The notes under the pieces were generated by a model that did no database searches, was not told the origin of the DNA, and worked only from the letters and a program-made list of their open reading frames with translations. This document shows, one piece after another, positions 10,244-19,650 of a stretch of DNA of 40,766 nt (position 1 is the first letter of the stretch; each line of letters starts with the position of its first letter). The DNA is from a virus. Its lineage: Duplodnaviria > Caudoviricetes. The stretch spans positions 1 through 40,766 of IMG/VR virus record IMGVR_UViG_3300032272_000034; one strand, 5' to 3'. The position numbers and the translations under genes are program-made.

Positions 10244-10444
10244 TTATTTGTCTTTAGTTCTTAAATATTCTACTTGACTCTGTAACTTATGTATATAAAG
10301 CACAGCATCCATTAACTCCTCTTTTAAGTGCTGTAAGAAGTCATCTTTATTATTGTCTTGTAAAGTTGTATTATATTTATTGATACCTATACAGCTTCTA
10401 ATATCAAATTCTTTCTTTACTTCTTCTACTATTTTATCTTTCAT
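10244..10444 (-). CDS. Small all-alpha NTP pyrophosphatase-like protein
   Basis: GINKY and EELMDAVLY motifs. Confidence 0.55.
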   Translation of the reverse strand: MKDKIVEEVKKEFDIRSCIGINKYNTTLQDNNKDDFLQHLKEELMDAVLYIHKLQSQVEYLRTKDK

Positions 10445-10486
10445 GCTGCAATATACTTTGTTTATGTTTAATATCCTAGTAATTAT

Positions 10487-10669
10487 TTAATTATTTAAAA
10501 AGTTAGTTAATTTTTCTTTCCAATCTTCTGGTATTGATTCCATTAAGTCATCTATATCAAAACATTCTATTTCATCCTCAATAACAGCTTCTGTATCTCC
10601 TAGTTCGTGATGTCTTGCTAAGTAAGCAGTGTATAAACCATCTTCAAATTGTATTTGTATTTTGTACAT
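10487..10669 (-). CDS. Acidic hypothetical protein
   Basis: ORF in operon. Confidence 0.6.
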   Translation of the reverse strand: MYKIQIQFEDGLYTAYLARHHELGDTEAVIEDEIECFDIDDLMESIPEDWKEKLTNFLNN

Positions 10670-10670
10670 A

Positions 10671-11612
10671 TTATATCATTTTACGTTGTAAGAAGTCCAT
10701 GTAAGACTTGTTAGATACTTTATATTGATGTTGTGATTCCTCGCAAAATAATATTCTCTGCACTGTTCCTTGTTCTGTAAAGATTGTTTTAAGTAATCTA
10801 ATATTAACCGACCCACTAACAGGACACGCCCATTTAGGCAAACCTTGCTTAACAGCGTTATTAGTAACACTTCCAAAGTATGGCTTTAATGTCATATAAA
10901 GTTCTTCAGTTGTTACAATATCCCCCTTATTATAATCTACCATTTTTTGTAGATACTCAATCTGTTCGTCCTTAGTCCCATACTCTATCATATCCCACAT
11001 ATGTATTCCTTCGTGAGATTGTTTTAATGTTAACCCAAAATATTTAGCCATATAAGCCATTGAGTAACTAGGTAATCTAAAGTATCTTTTAGCCATTCTG
11101 TAAATATCAAAAGATTTTACATACCTATCTACAAATAAACGGTGCTTTGCAGCTCTTGTGTTTATTAACTTATTATCAAATGAATTATTGTTTTGACCTA
11201 TTACCATTGAAGCCTTGTTGTAGTGTTTTAAAAACTCCTCTAACATCTTTTTATCGCAATGATTATCATCCCATCTTAAATCATAAACTTTATCTTGACC
11301 GATATACTTCCAAGCAATAGATATAATAGTTGTCTCACTCCTTGTTTGAGAGTGGTTTATATATTGCTTCCCAGTATTCCACACGTCAACCTTTATTCTA
11401 CTTGTTTCAATGTCGTAGGTAATTATTTTATCATCTACTAATTGAGAAGCCTTAATACCTAAATTAAGTTCTTTTGCGTAGTTTCTAATGGTTCTCTTAG
11501 TTACGTTTAAAAACTCGCTCAATTCCTTTTGAACTTGCTTTCTAGGCTTATTACTAGAGTATTGGTCTATTATTAATTGTCTATTCTTTTTACTAAGTTT
11601 ATCTACACTCAT
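10671..11612 (-). CDS. RNase H-like (DEDD) 3'-5' exonuclease with N-terminal HTH
   Basis: YDIETS, NNNSFD, YNKGD motifs. Confidence 0.8.
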   Translation of the reverse strand: MSVDKLSKKNRQLIIDQYSSNKPRKQVQKELSEFLNVTKRTIRNYAKELNLGIKASQLVDDKIITYDIETSRIKVDVWNTGKQYINHSQTRSETTIISIAWKYIGQDKVYDLRWDDNHCDKKMLEEFLKHYNKASMVIGQNNNSFDNKLINTRAAKHRLFVDRYVKSFDIYRMAKRYFRLPSYSMAYMAKYFGLTLKQSHEGIHMWDMIEYGTKDEQIEYLQKMVDYNKGDIVTTEELYMTLKPYFGSVTNNAVKQGLPKWACPVSGSVNIRLLKTIFTEQGTVQRILFCEESQHQYKVSNKSYMDFLQRKMI

Positions 11613-11626
11613 AGTTTATTTATTAG

Positions 11627-11782
11627 TTAATAATTAGCTTCTTTGTCTAGTTCTTCTAAAAAGTGTCTAGGATTATCTAACTTAACAGTCCATTCACCCC
11701 TATAATCCTTAAAAGTTATTTGAACATAATCCTCTTCTGACGTTGTTTTCTGTACTTTTTTAATATTCCAAGTTGTTTTCAT
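11627..11782 (-). CDS. Small hypothetical protein (51 aa, MKTTWNIK...)
   Basis: Manual translation. Confidence 0.55.
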   Translation of the reverse strand: MKTTWNIKKVQKTTSEEDYVQITFKDYRGEWTVKLDNPRHFLEELDKEANY

Positions 11783-11917
11783 ATTCTTTATATTAGTTTA
11801 CGCAATATAGTACTTCCTTTTAACTTTTCAAATACTTTTATCATTTATTTATTGTTTTAATTGTTAATTCAAACTGTTTTCCGTGTTATACATAGGTTTG
11901 TTGTTTGGTAAAAGTGT

Positions 11918-11935
11918 TGTTATATCTAGTTGTGA
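11918..11935 (+). other. Putative attI-like entry site of cassette array A (TGTTATATCTAG^TTGTGA)
   Basis: Same 18 bp, inverted, begins array B at 29212-29229; contains the first GTT core. Confidence 0.55.
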
Positions 11936-11939
11936 AACA

Positions 11940-12242
11940 TTAAAGGGTTCTAGTATAAGTTATTTCACCATCTACATAATAATTCAATTCCTTGCCATTT
12001 CCAGCTACACTAAAAGTAGTTCCTTTTGGGTACATCTTTTTTAAGTCGCTTAAAGATTTAATTTTAATTTCATTGCCTTTTAAGTCCTTTAACGTTTCAC
12101 AACAACGTGTAACAGTAATTGCTTTTAATTTTCTTTCTAAAGACCTTACTTCTTGTCTTAGTTGGGTATTTTCATACCTCATTCGTTCGTAATCTTCTAG
12201 TTTTCTTTGGTTTTCTTCTGCTAAATATGTTAATTCGCTCAT
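11940..12242 (-). CDS. Cassette protein starting within attC-like loop
   Basis: ITVTRCC = translated hairpin arm. Confidence 0.7.
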   Translation of the reverse strand: MSELTYLAEENQRKLEDYERMRYENTQLRQEVRSLERKLKAITVTRCCETLKDLKGNEIKIKSLSDLKKMYPKGTTFSVAGNGKELNYYVDGEITYTRTL

Positions 12243-12306
12243 TGTATTTTTATTAAGTTATTTATAATTTCACGCAACAACGGTTACACAAATACGTTCT
12301 AAACAA

Positions 12307-12594
12307 TTATTGTTGGCTTGGTGGTTTTATAAATCGGTCACTAAAATACATGGTTTCTAGTCCGTAATCATCTAGCACTTTTGTATGCGTTCTGTCTTGG
12401 TATAGTTTTTTATAATACTTTCCTGCTGTTAAACCGTCTACATTACTATTTACACACAATAACTGTAGAGAACAACGGTTATAGTTAATATTTTCTAATT
12501 GCTCTTCTAAAAAGTCAATGTATTTTTCTTGGTCTGCTATTAACTGTATTTTCGTAGACTTGTTAATATAGTCTTTTCTATTAGGTCTTTTCAT
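12307..12594 (-). CDS. Cassette protein starting within attC-like loop
   Basis: INYNRCS = translated arm. Confidence 0.7.
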   Translation of the reverse strand: MKRPNRKDYINKSTKIQLIADQEKYIDFLEEQLENINYNRCSLQLLCVNSNVDGLTAGKYYKKLYQDRTHTKVLDDYGLETMYFSDRFIKPPSQQ

Positions 12595-12873
12595 TTTATC
12601 GCTTATTTATTAATTTATGTTTTAATCCACCACTACTAACCATAACCAAATACGCAGACGTTATGCCACAATTACTTTTTATTTAAGTATGTATCATATA
12701 CACAACATTTATTTAAGTTTTTTTTGCCTTTCTTAAAAATAGTACAGTATATAACACCAAATAAGATTAATGCTACATCTAGTTTTTGTTTACTATATTC
12801 AACATATTACTCAATATCGGTTAATTTGTGTATTATACTAAACATTACTGCACAAATCTTATTTGAATACGTT

Positions 12874-13173
12874 CTAAGTAATTAAATGGTTGTGATGGTA
12901 CTGTATGTATTTAAACAATACATCGTTATAACTATTTTCTATGTTCATATTTGAAACATATACATTAGGTCTAATTTCTTTAAAATACTCTTGTCTAAAC
13001 TCCTTAAATGTTAATTCATCTTCACTATTTAACTCCAGAGAACTACCTGTAAAATTAATAGCTACTTCTTCCCTTATTTCCTCAAGGGTCTGTATTGCTA
13101 TATTGCTTCCATTATAACCATCGTCTATTAACATTTGGTTAAGGTCTTTTAATTTACTTTCTAATTTACTCAT
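12874..13173 (-). CDS. Cassette protein starting within attC-like loop
   Basis: INFTGSS = translated arm. Confidence 0.7.
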   Translation of the reverse strand: MSKLESKLKDLNQMLIDDGYNGSNIAIQTLEEIREEVAINFTGSSLELNSEDELTFKEFRQEYFKEIRPNVYVSNMNIENSYNDVLFKYIQYHHNHLIT

Positions 13174-13251
13174 TGTTTCTTTATTTAGTTTATTGTTAAT
13201 TCACGCTACAAATCTTACAGTGTTTAGTTGTAAAACATATTGCTTAGTTTA

Positions 13252-13473
13252 TTATATGCTATGATGCCTATTGCAACTATCACAGTATTTACTATCTATT
13301 CTTTTTTCGCTTTTACATTCGCAAAACGATTTTACAACATCGTATAAACTTAATTGCTCTTTATGGTAATTACTTGCAAACTCTTTCATTGCATTTATTA
13401 TATGTCTATTAGCATCACCTATTTCAACATTATTTAAGTGCTTATTTAATATTCTTTGTGCTTTTATGTTCAT
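13252..13473 (-). CDS. Cassette protein with C-terminal CxC..CxxC
   Basis: QLSLYDV = translated arm. Confidence 0.7.
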   Translation of the reverse strand: MNIKAQRILNKHLNNVEIGDANRHIINAMKEFASNYHKEQLSLYDVVKSFCECKSEKRIDSKYCDSCNRHHSI

Positions 13474-13572
13474 TGTCTTTTTATTAATTTCTGTTATATT
13501 TTATCCGCAACTAAGCTTATACGTAATACGTTGTAAGTAATGCTTGTAAAAAAGGCCACCACTCTTATGTTT

Positions 13573-14097
13573 TCACTCAAACTCAATAGAATCTGAAACT
13601 TCATTACCCCAAACATCCCAATTTTCACCAGAAGTTCTTGCAAACATTTCTAATCTATCTACATTTGGAAACCAACTCTCAATCATATCTCTAACTTTCA
13701 GAGGTTTTTTACTATGTTTAGTTTTCTTTTCTTTTATAACACTACTAATTCTGTCTTTTGGTTTTGGAGGTGAAAATTTACCTTTAGTGCAAACCATTAA
13801 TATTTCGTGTTGGCCTCTAAACCAATAACCCATTCCAATAGTTTCCTTATCCCAAATGCAATGAGTTTTATATTTAAAACCCCAAGCCTTTATTAACTTA
13901 AAACTTTCTTCTAATTTTGGAGAAGTAGTCCACATATAAAGCACTGCGTTTTCTTTGGCTAAGTCTTTAACTGGTAAATCACACATTTCTTTAATTGTCA
14001 TTGTTGGGTATTGGTTTTCTATCTTTCTGCTATTGCTTTTGCTAAAGCTATATCTCCAAGCAGGGTCTGCATAAATCACATCATATTTCTTACTCAT
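13573..14097 (-). CDS. MT-A70 family adenine methyltransferase
   Basis: YDVIYADPAW, HSKKP, LEMFAR, WDVWGNE. Confidence 0.92.
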   Translation of the reverse strand: MSKKYDVIYADPAWRYSFSKSNSRKIENQYPTMTIKEMCDLPVKDLAKENAVLYMWTTSPKLEESFKLIKAWGFKYKTHCIWDKETIGMGYWFRGQHEILMVCTKGKFSPPKPKDRISSVIKEKKTKHSKKPLKVRDMIESWFPNVDRLEMFARTSGENWDVWGNEVSDSIEFE

Positions 14098-14286
14098 ACT
14101 TAATTTTATTTTTTATCAAAAATAATGGCCTTTTTCCCAATCACTACGTACAACACTGTATAAAATTAATTACTACTTTATTGTATATTTAAAAAGGCTT
14201 ATTACTTATATTAGTTATTTGTTTTACTTATTATTTTTTTGCTTGGCCACCGTAACTAATCTTATACGATTACGTTATAAACAATA

Positions 14287-14421
14287 CTATTTTTTGCCCT
14301 CTACACGTGCTAGGCTTATCAATAAGTCTTGTATGTAGTTCTTTAGGTCTTTATCTTCTTTTATGGCTAGTATCTTTAAAGGCTTAACGCAATCTTCTGG
14401 TATATCTATTAATTTTCTCAT
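14287..14421 (-). CDS. Ribbon-helix-helix-like small DNA-binding protein (44 aa)
   Basis: Manual translation MRKLIDIPEDCVKPLKILAIKEDKDLKNYIQDLL... Confidence 0.6.
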   Translation of the reverse strand: MRKLIDIPEDCVKPLKILAIKEDKDLKNYIQDLLISLARVEGKK

Positions 14422-14495
14422 TGAGCTATATTTTAGTTGTTTTTAGCTCATAACAAGAACATTCGTTAAAGTCAGTATCGTAACTTTCGTTGCAG

Positions 14496-14732
14496 TTATG
14501 GCAGTATATCAAACTCATTGTTTTCTTCTTTTTTTTTGTTGAAATTTAATAATCTTCTATTTAAATAATTAAGTCTATCCTGAGTCATCTTTCTTTTTTT
14601 TAGATAATTCCTCTCTAACTTTATTAAATCCATTTCTTTTAAATGTATTTCTTGTTCTATTTCATACCCTATAATTATAGTCCTGTATTCAATAGGTAAA
14701 TCGTTAAATTGTTTAGTGTAAGTTTTTTTCAT
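14496..14732 (-). CDS. Hypothetical coiled-coil protein
   Basis: ORF track. Confidence 0.6.
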   Translation of the reverse strand: MKKTYTKQFNDLPIEYRTIIIGYEIEQEIHLKEMDLIKLERNYLKKRKMTQDRLNYLNRRLLNFNKKKEENNEFDILP

Positions 14733-14734
14733 TA

Positions 14735-14869
14735 TTAATATAGTTTTTCGTTCAACGATTCTACTTTTTTACATAATTTACATTGTTCAATACAAGGGTT
14801 ATTATTATATGGACCATCATCTTGGTTACAATAAAAATAAAACGAAGTATCATTTTCTGCTTCACTCAT
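14735..14869 (-). CDS. Small Cys-rich protein (44 aa, C..C.EQC..C)
   Basis: Manual translation, abuts both neighbours. Confidence 0.5.
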   Translation of the reverse strand: MSEAENDTSFYFYCNQDDGPYNNNPCIEQCKLCKKVESLNEKLY

Positions 14870-14871
14870 AA

Positions 14872-15201
14872 TTAAACACTAATTGATTTTATATTTTTAA
14901 TACTATTTAAAATTTCTTTTATTTTTAATAAACTTTCATTGTTTGGGTTATTCTTTATTTTTATGTTAAAATCCATTTTATCACTAAAAGTATATCCTTT
15001 AACTTCTTTAAATAAATCTTTAAAAGCTATTTGCTCTTTAGAAAGAAAATCTTTGCAATGGTAAAAATTCAAATAACTTAATGTATCTCCATTAGTTAAT
15101 ATAATTTTAAAAGTAATCTTATCTCTTTTTTTAGTAGGAACTAAAGCTACTTTAATTTCAAATCCGTTTTGTATTTTATTGTAAATTTCTTGAGTTGTCA
15201 T
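14872..15201 (-). CDS. Hypothetical protein
   Basis: ORF track. Confidence 0.6.
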   Translation of the reverse strand: MTTQEIYNKIQNGFEIKVALVPTKKRDKITFKIILTNGDTLSYLNFYHCKDFLSKEQIAFKDLFKEVKGYTFSDKMDFNIKIKNNPNNESLLKIKEILNSIKNIKSISV

Positions 15202-15225
15202 AATATAGTTTTTAAAGGTTTGTTT

Positions 15226-15477
15226 CTAACTTCTATTCAAAGATACATTATATGTATCTACCATAAACTTATCTTCATAAAGGTAAACGTCTTTCCAATT
15301 TTCTTCTTGCCATTTCCTAAAAAGTAACAGTTCACGTTGTTGGTTAACATCGGTTAAAGTTAATTGCTTAGCTTTTGCATAATCTTCAATAGCTTTGTAT
15401 ATCTCGTTTATTTCTCTTTTACAATCTATTGTTAAACTAAAGTAGTTTTCATCTATAAATTCTTTTATTTCTTCCAT
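15226..15477 (-). CDS. Cassette protein starting within attC-like loop
   Basis: QLTLTDV = translated arm. Confidence 0.7.
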   Translation of the reverse strand: MEEIKEFIDENYFSLTIDCKREINEIYKAIEDYAKAKQLTLTDVNQQRELLLFRKWQEENWKDVYLYEDKFMVDTYNVSLNRS

Positions 15478-15541
15478 TTTTATTTATTTAATTTTGTTCA
15501 TAATTTACGCAACTAACCTTAACCACATACGTTCTAAGTAA

Positions 15542-15805
15542 TTAATTAACCTTTTTAATTAAGTCATCAGCAACTTTGTCAAATTTGCAATTATTTAAGT
15601 CAACCATATTATTGTGGTCTAGGCTTTCTAATTGGTTAATTAACAATTCCCTTTGACTGCCAACATCGGGTATAGATAATTGCTTTACATATTCCTCGTT
15701 TATTAAGGTTAGTGTGTCTACACAATTTTCTATAACATCTTTATCGTGCTGCTCTTTAGGTAAGATGTATTTTACCATTATTCTTAACTCTTCTTTTAAG
15801 TCCAT
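15542..15805 (-). CDS. Cassette protein starting within attC-like loop
   Basis: QLSIPDV = translated arm. Confidence 0.7.
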   Translation of the reverse strand: MDLKEELRIMVKYILPKEQHDKDVIENCVDTLTLINEEYVKQLSIPDVGSQRELLINQLESLDHNNMVDLNNCKFDKVADDLIKKVN

Positions 15806-15864
15806 ATTTACTATGTTTTGTTATTAATTCACACAACTAATACTATGCCTTTTCGTTCAATATT

Positions 15865-15872
15865 CAAATATA
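15865..15872 (-). promoter_or_regulatory. Possible Bacteroidota -7 box (TATATTTG) pointing into array A
   Basis: Matches TAnnTTTG; no clear -33 box. Confidence 0.4.
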
Positions 15873-15901
15873 ACAATAATACCCTTTAGAATCATTCTAA
15901 A

Positions 15902-16924
15902 TTAGAAGTCTACTTGTTTAGGAAAAGCTTCGTTTAATGTTGGTGTTGGGAGTTCTTCTCTTTCTTTAAGTTCTTTTTTTTCTCTTTTACCTAATATCTC
16001 GTATTTATCCACCAAATATCCTATAATGTCATTTTCTTTAAATTGAGGGGTTTCCATCATAAAAACATTTATCTTAGTTGGCTGCCATTCTAATATTATA
16101 GGGTTTTCAGTTGTTGTTTGATTACCTCCTGTGTGCTTATTCCTTACATGCTCTACTCTTATCTGGTTTAAACTAGAGCCACTTTCTCTATGTATAGCGC
16201 AAGTGTTGTGTGCTTTATTTAAAAACCATCCACCTTCAGCTTGGTAACTACTAACAGCTCCCTCCTGCCTTTGACCACTCATGTTAGGATGCTGTGTTAT
16301 ATGCACCGAGCAAACATCTTTAGTGAACTTTAACAATTCCAAACTAGCAGCAACCCCGTCTGCGTAACCATTTCCAGTATCTTGCCATCCATTTTTAAAT
16401 GAGTTTATCGGGTCTAATAACATACCATGCACATCAACACCGTCATTTATCAACCCTTTAGCTACTTCTGTTGCTGTTTTAATGTCATCTACTTTTATAA
16501 ATATAAAATGCTTATCAAGCCATTGCTCCGCTTTCTTAAATAATTCTGGATTAGTTTTTTTTACATTATTTGCAAAATCCCCTAATATGTAATTCATTAA
16601 ATTTAACTTCATACTCCAAGAACTGTTCTCTTGGAACGCCACAACCCAAATAAGATTATTTGATATTGTGAATATTAGTTGTAGTATTTGATAAATTGTA
16701 GTTTTACCTTGACCTTTTTTTCCCGTTACTATATAAAATTCATTTCGTTTACATAAAAAGTGATTATCAATTACTGAAATAGTGCTTTTAAAACCATGTG
16801 GTATTTTACCAGTTAGATAGTCGTCTAAGTCTTGATTTATTTCATTTTTATTAATTATGTGTTTTTTGTAATCAAATACATCTTCTAATCCGTATTTCTT
16901 GCTTTTATCTATTCTTTCTATCAT
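15902..16924 (-). CDS. DnaB/RecA-fold replicative helicase
   Basis: Walker A GKKGQGKT, LLDP, QHP, VRNK; downstream of initiator. Confidence 0.75.
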   Translation of the reverse strand: MIERIDKSKKYGLEDVFDYKKHIINKNEINQDLDDYLTGKIPHGFKSTISVIDNHFLCKRNEFYIVTGKKGQGKTTIYQILQLIFTISNNLIWVVAFQENSSWSMKLNLMNYILGDFANNVKKTNPELFKKAEQWLDKHFIFIKVDDIKTATEVAKGLINDGVDVHGMLLDPINSFKNGWQDTGNGYADGVAASLELLKFTKDVCSVHITQHPNMSGQRQEGAVSSYQAEGGWFLNKAHNTCAIHRESGSSLNQIRVEHVRNKHTGGNQTTTENPIILEWQPTKINVFMMETPQFKENDIIGYLVDKYEILGKREKKELKEREELPTPTLNEAFPKQVDF

Positions 16925-16925
16925 A

Positions 16926-17390
16926 TTAGCTAAATCTATTTAAGCATTCGTTAATCATTGTATCTAATTGCTCTGTAACAACGTCCAAAGTGTATTTTTC
17001 CTCGAACTCCTTTAAATCTATTTGCAAGCCGTCTTCTTTAAACTTGTCGGTTAATTTAATAATTTGATTACTATGTAGTTCTTTATGAAAGGCTGTGTAA
17101 AAATTAGCCAAAGGCAAGTTTAAAATACTAGACAACTCCTTTTTAGGAATGCTATCGAATACAGTAGATTCGTAGTGTCTAATTCCTTGATTCAATAAAT
17201 ATATGTATAATTTACCGAATAATTGGTTATTTTTTATAGTTTCGCTTCTTTGTCTATTAACCCAATCTATTAAGCAATTAACACTATCTATGTCGTTCTC
17301 GTTAGGTTTAAATGATTTTTCAGAAGAAAACCTCCATGCAATTCTTTGAACCGCTTTATCTAAATCGTACTTACTAACTTTGTTTTTCAT
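16926..17390 (-). CDS. Hypothetical protein in replication module
   Basis: Between initiator and helicase. Confidence 0.65.
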   Translation of the reverse strand: MKNKVSKYDLDKAVQRIAWRFSSEKSFKPNENDIDSVNCLIDWVNRQRSETIKNNQLFGKLYIYLLNQGIRHYESTVFDSIPKKELSSILNLPLANFYTAFHKELHSNQIIKLTDKFKEDGLQIDLKEFEEKYTLDVVTEQLDTMINECLNRFS

Positions 17391-18136
17391 AATATTGATT
17401 CATAAGGATTAGGGTTATTATTAACTACTTTTTTTATATCCTGCCTATTAAACCAATTTGTAAAGTGTGTTTTATAGTCTTTTAAAGTGTTCTTTTGCTC
17501 GCTAGTTCTTATCAAATGATTATCAAAGTCTGTTAAATATTTTTTAACCGTGTCTAAATTAGATTTAGTTTGCATTGCTGTTATTTCAATGTAAGAAGAG
17601 TCTTTTAATATTTGATTCTTGAATGCAGTGTTATTTATAGAACTTTCTATTTCTTTAATTGAATCTATTAAGGTTATTTGTGTAGTATTTTTTAATATAT
17701 CTTCTTCTCTTATCTTATCTTCTCTTAATAGTTGAGGTTGTGTTGAACATGAATTTAACACTTGTTGATGTTGTGTTAAATTTATGTTACTTTCTTGTTG
17801 AAGTTTTTTTAATTTCCTAGCCTTAGCGGATGCTTTACCACCTCTACTTCTTAACTCACTTCTTTGTTCTCGTTCTTCTTTTTGTTCGTTTAAAAAACTA
17901 ATAACCACACTGCCTTTTTCTATCTTAATATGATTTTCTGATACAAGCAGGTCTATTTCTGTTTTAACTGTCTTAAATCTCTTATAGAGAAGCTTAGATT
18001 CTAGAATACACTCTCTACTCCAATAATAAGAACAAACATTTATAAAAACGCCTTGTATGTTGTAATCTTCTAATGTTATATCCCCGTCGTTCCACTCTGA
18101 GCAGAAAAATTTAAAGTAAGGTAAGTCTTTAGCCAT
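17387..18136 (-). CDS. Replication initiator-like protein
   Basis: LPYFKF..EW N-terminus, RSRGGKAS linker, HFTNW C-terminus. Confidence 0.7.
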   Translation of the reverse strand: MAKDLPYFKFFCSEWNDGDITLEDYNIQGVFINVCSYYWSRECILESKLLYKRFKTVKTEIDLLVSENHIKIEKGSVVISFLNEQKEEREQRSELRSRGGKASAKARKLKKLQQESNINLTQHQQVLNSCSTQPQLLREDKIREEDILKNTTQITLIDSIKEIESSINNTAFKNQILKDSSYIEITAMQTKSNLDTVKKYLTDFDNHLIRTSEQKNTLKDYKTHFTNWFNRQDIKKVVNNNPNPYESIL

Positions 18137-18419
18137 TAGAAACCTCCTTTCTTAAAACAACCTTAGCTTCTGTTAATTCCAAAATATCTAAAGCTCTATT
18201 GTAATCACTTGTGGTTTTCGCCCATAAGCCAAATGCTTTATTGCTTGGATAGCTAACACAGTTAAATTGAGTGTTTTCTTTTCGCTCAAAAATTTCGTAG
18301 TGTTTACTAGAGCCTGTATCAACTCTATATAAATAAGCGTGTTCTGTTTTTTTTATTTGGGTAAACTTAAACCCTTTAACCTGTCCCTTTCCATCAAATA
18401 CTTCTCTTAATTCTTTCAT
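18129..18419 (-). CDS. Hypothetical protein
   Basis: ORF track. Confidence 0.65.
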   Translation of the reverse strand: MKELREVFDGKGQVKGFKFTQIKKTEHAYLYRVDTGSSKHYEIFERKENTQFNCVSYPSNKAFGLWAKTTSDYNRALDILELTEAKVVLRKEVSNG

Positions 18420-18612
18420 TTTATTTATTGTTTTATTTAAAATAACTTATGTTGGCTAATGTCAAACTCTTCCCACTTAACAACTTGTTTCTTCTTAGAG
18501 TTAATTGTTTGTGATATTTCTGTTCTTTGGCTTTTTAGTAATTCAATCTATGTATTTAGAATATTGATTTTACTTTTAATCTCTTCTTGTGTGTATTTAG
18601 TTTCATCCATAA

Positions 18613-18909
18613 TTAATAATATTTAATTTCTGTTCTTATGTTCATTGTTTTAAAGTCATCCATAGTAGGGAATGAGTCTACTCTCTTAAAAGTAATAACC
18701 CTTAACCCATCTACGCTTCCGTCGTTATAATAAATACTTTCTTGATCGTAAGAATCGTTTTGGTAGTAGAAGCTCTTGAACCTTCTTAGCTTCTCAGCTT
18801 CAAAGTCTACATCTATTTTTAACTCCTTAAGTCTATCTAGGAATATTTTCTTTCTTTTAGATTCTAAATCACTTGTAATTTTGGAGATAATCTCTTTTTG
18901 GAAATCCAT
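18613..18909 (-). CDS. Hypothetical protein
   Basis: ORF track. Confidence 0.65.
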   Translation of the reverse strand: MDFQKEIISKITSDLESKRKKIFLDRLKELKIDVDFEAEKLRRFKSFYYQNDSYDQESIYYNDGSVDGLRVITFKRVDSFPTMDDFKTMNIRTEIKYY

Positions 18910-18913
18910 ATAT

Positions 18914-18995
18914 AAAAAAACCTATTCTAAAAGAGGTTGAGGACTCTTGAAGAATAGGAATTATAAAATGTTTTTACGGTAGCCTCAACTCTACA
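18914..18995 (-). promoter_or_regulatory. Structured leader: terminator-like hairpin whose loop is complementary to an upstream segment
   Basis: CCTATTCT..AAGAG/CTCTT..AGAATAGG followed by T7; GTTGAGG/CCTCAAC pairing. Confidence 0.55.
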
Positions 18996-19013
18996 AAGTA
19001 AATATACAAAAAA

Positions 19014-19361
19014 TTATTTAATAATCTCGTATTCTACTGATAAATTATTTATTTTAAAATTATCTTTTTTAATGTTTATCAAAGTGTCTAAATTATTAAA
19101 TAGTTCTTTATATTTCTTAAAGTAGGGTTTATTTAGATGGTGTATAAATTTTTGTTGAGCATAAGTTATAGAAGAGTGGTTATTGTAACCAAACAAATCA
19201 GCTAGTGTTTCATTGGTGGTTTCTTTAAAAGGTAGATGAAATTTACATAGTGTTATTGCTGCGAACTTTGTCATTACAATATCTCTTTTATTTGACTTAA
19301 CCGATAAGTTATTTATACCAGACTCAAACTCTGTTAATTGTTTTATGTATTTTGGTGTCAT
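19014..19361 (-). CDS. DnaA C-terminal-like HTH protein
   Basis: LADLFGYNNHSSITYA. Confidence 0.55.
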   Translation of the reverse strand: MTPKYIKQLTEFESGINNLSVKSNKRDIVMTKFAAITLCKFHLPFKETTNETLADLFGYNNHSSITYAQQKFIHHLNKPYFKKYKELFNNLDTLINIKKDNFKINNLSVEYEIIK

Positions 19362-19363
19362 AT

Positions 19364-19570
19364 TTAATTTTTTCTTATAAAGTTATATACTGTTTCTTTA
19401 TTGTGTACTGTTTTTATTATTTTATTACCTAAGAATATTATAAAAACATAAGTATTGTTAAGATCAGGCTTGTTTATTTTAAATATATTGAATTTATTAC
19501 CTCTAATAGATATTATCTCAATATAAGTGTTTACCCTGTGTTTGTATTTATGATATTCAGTTAAGTACAT
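19364..19570 (-). CDS. Hypothetical protein
   Basis: ORF track. Confidence 0.45.
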   Translation of the reverse strand: MYLTEYHKYKHRVNTYIEIISIRGNKFNIFKINKPDLNNTYVFIIFLGNKIIKTVHNKETVYNFIRKN

Positions 19571-19650
19571 TTTACTATCAATATCGTTAATGCCACTATC
19601 ACTATTAATGCGTTTCTAAGTGTTTTATTTAATTTAAAGTTGTACATCAT

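Larger units (their letters stand above)
11929..15861 (+). mobile_element. Array A: 8 attC-like cassettes, genes on the minus strand
   Basis: Hairpin sites at 12097-12302, 12467-12666, 12749-12877, 13037-13233, 13332-13536, 14148-14280, 15342-15537, 15658-15861; pattern AAC-N3-4-GTRTAA...TTGC / GCAA...TTAYAC-N5-6-GTT. Confidence 0.75.

Noticed and set aside
217-12192. Plus-strand ORFs (217, 1315, 2636, 4120, 6099, 8841, 9171, 11992) and the nested minus-strand ORF 10676
   Set aside because: Mostly antisense or out-of-frame shadows of convincing genes; none has recognisable motifs.
11929-15861. Repeats as a CRISPR array
   Set aside because: Repeats are bipartite, degenerate and separated by whole genes; no cas genes.
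17740-17800. Possible iterons (TGTTGA/TTAACA-like) within the initiator gene
   Set aside because: Too short and degenerate in AT-rich DNA to support an origin call.
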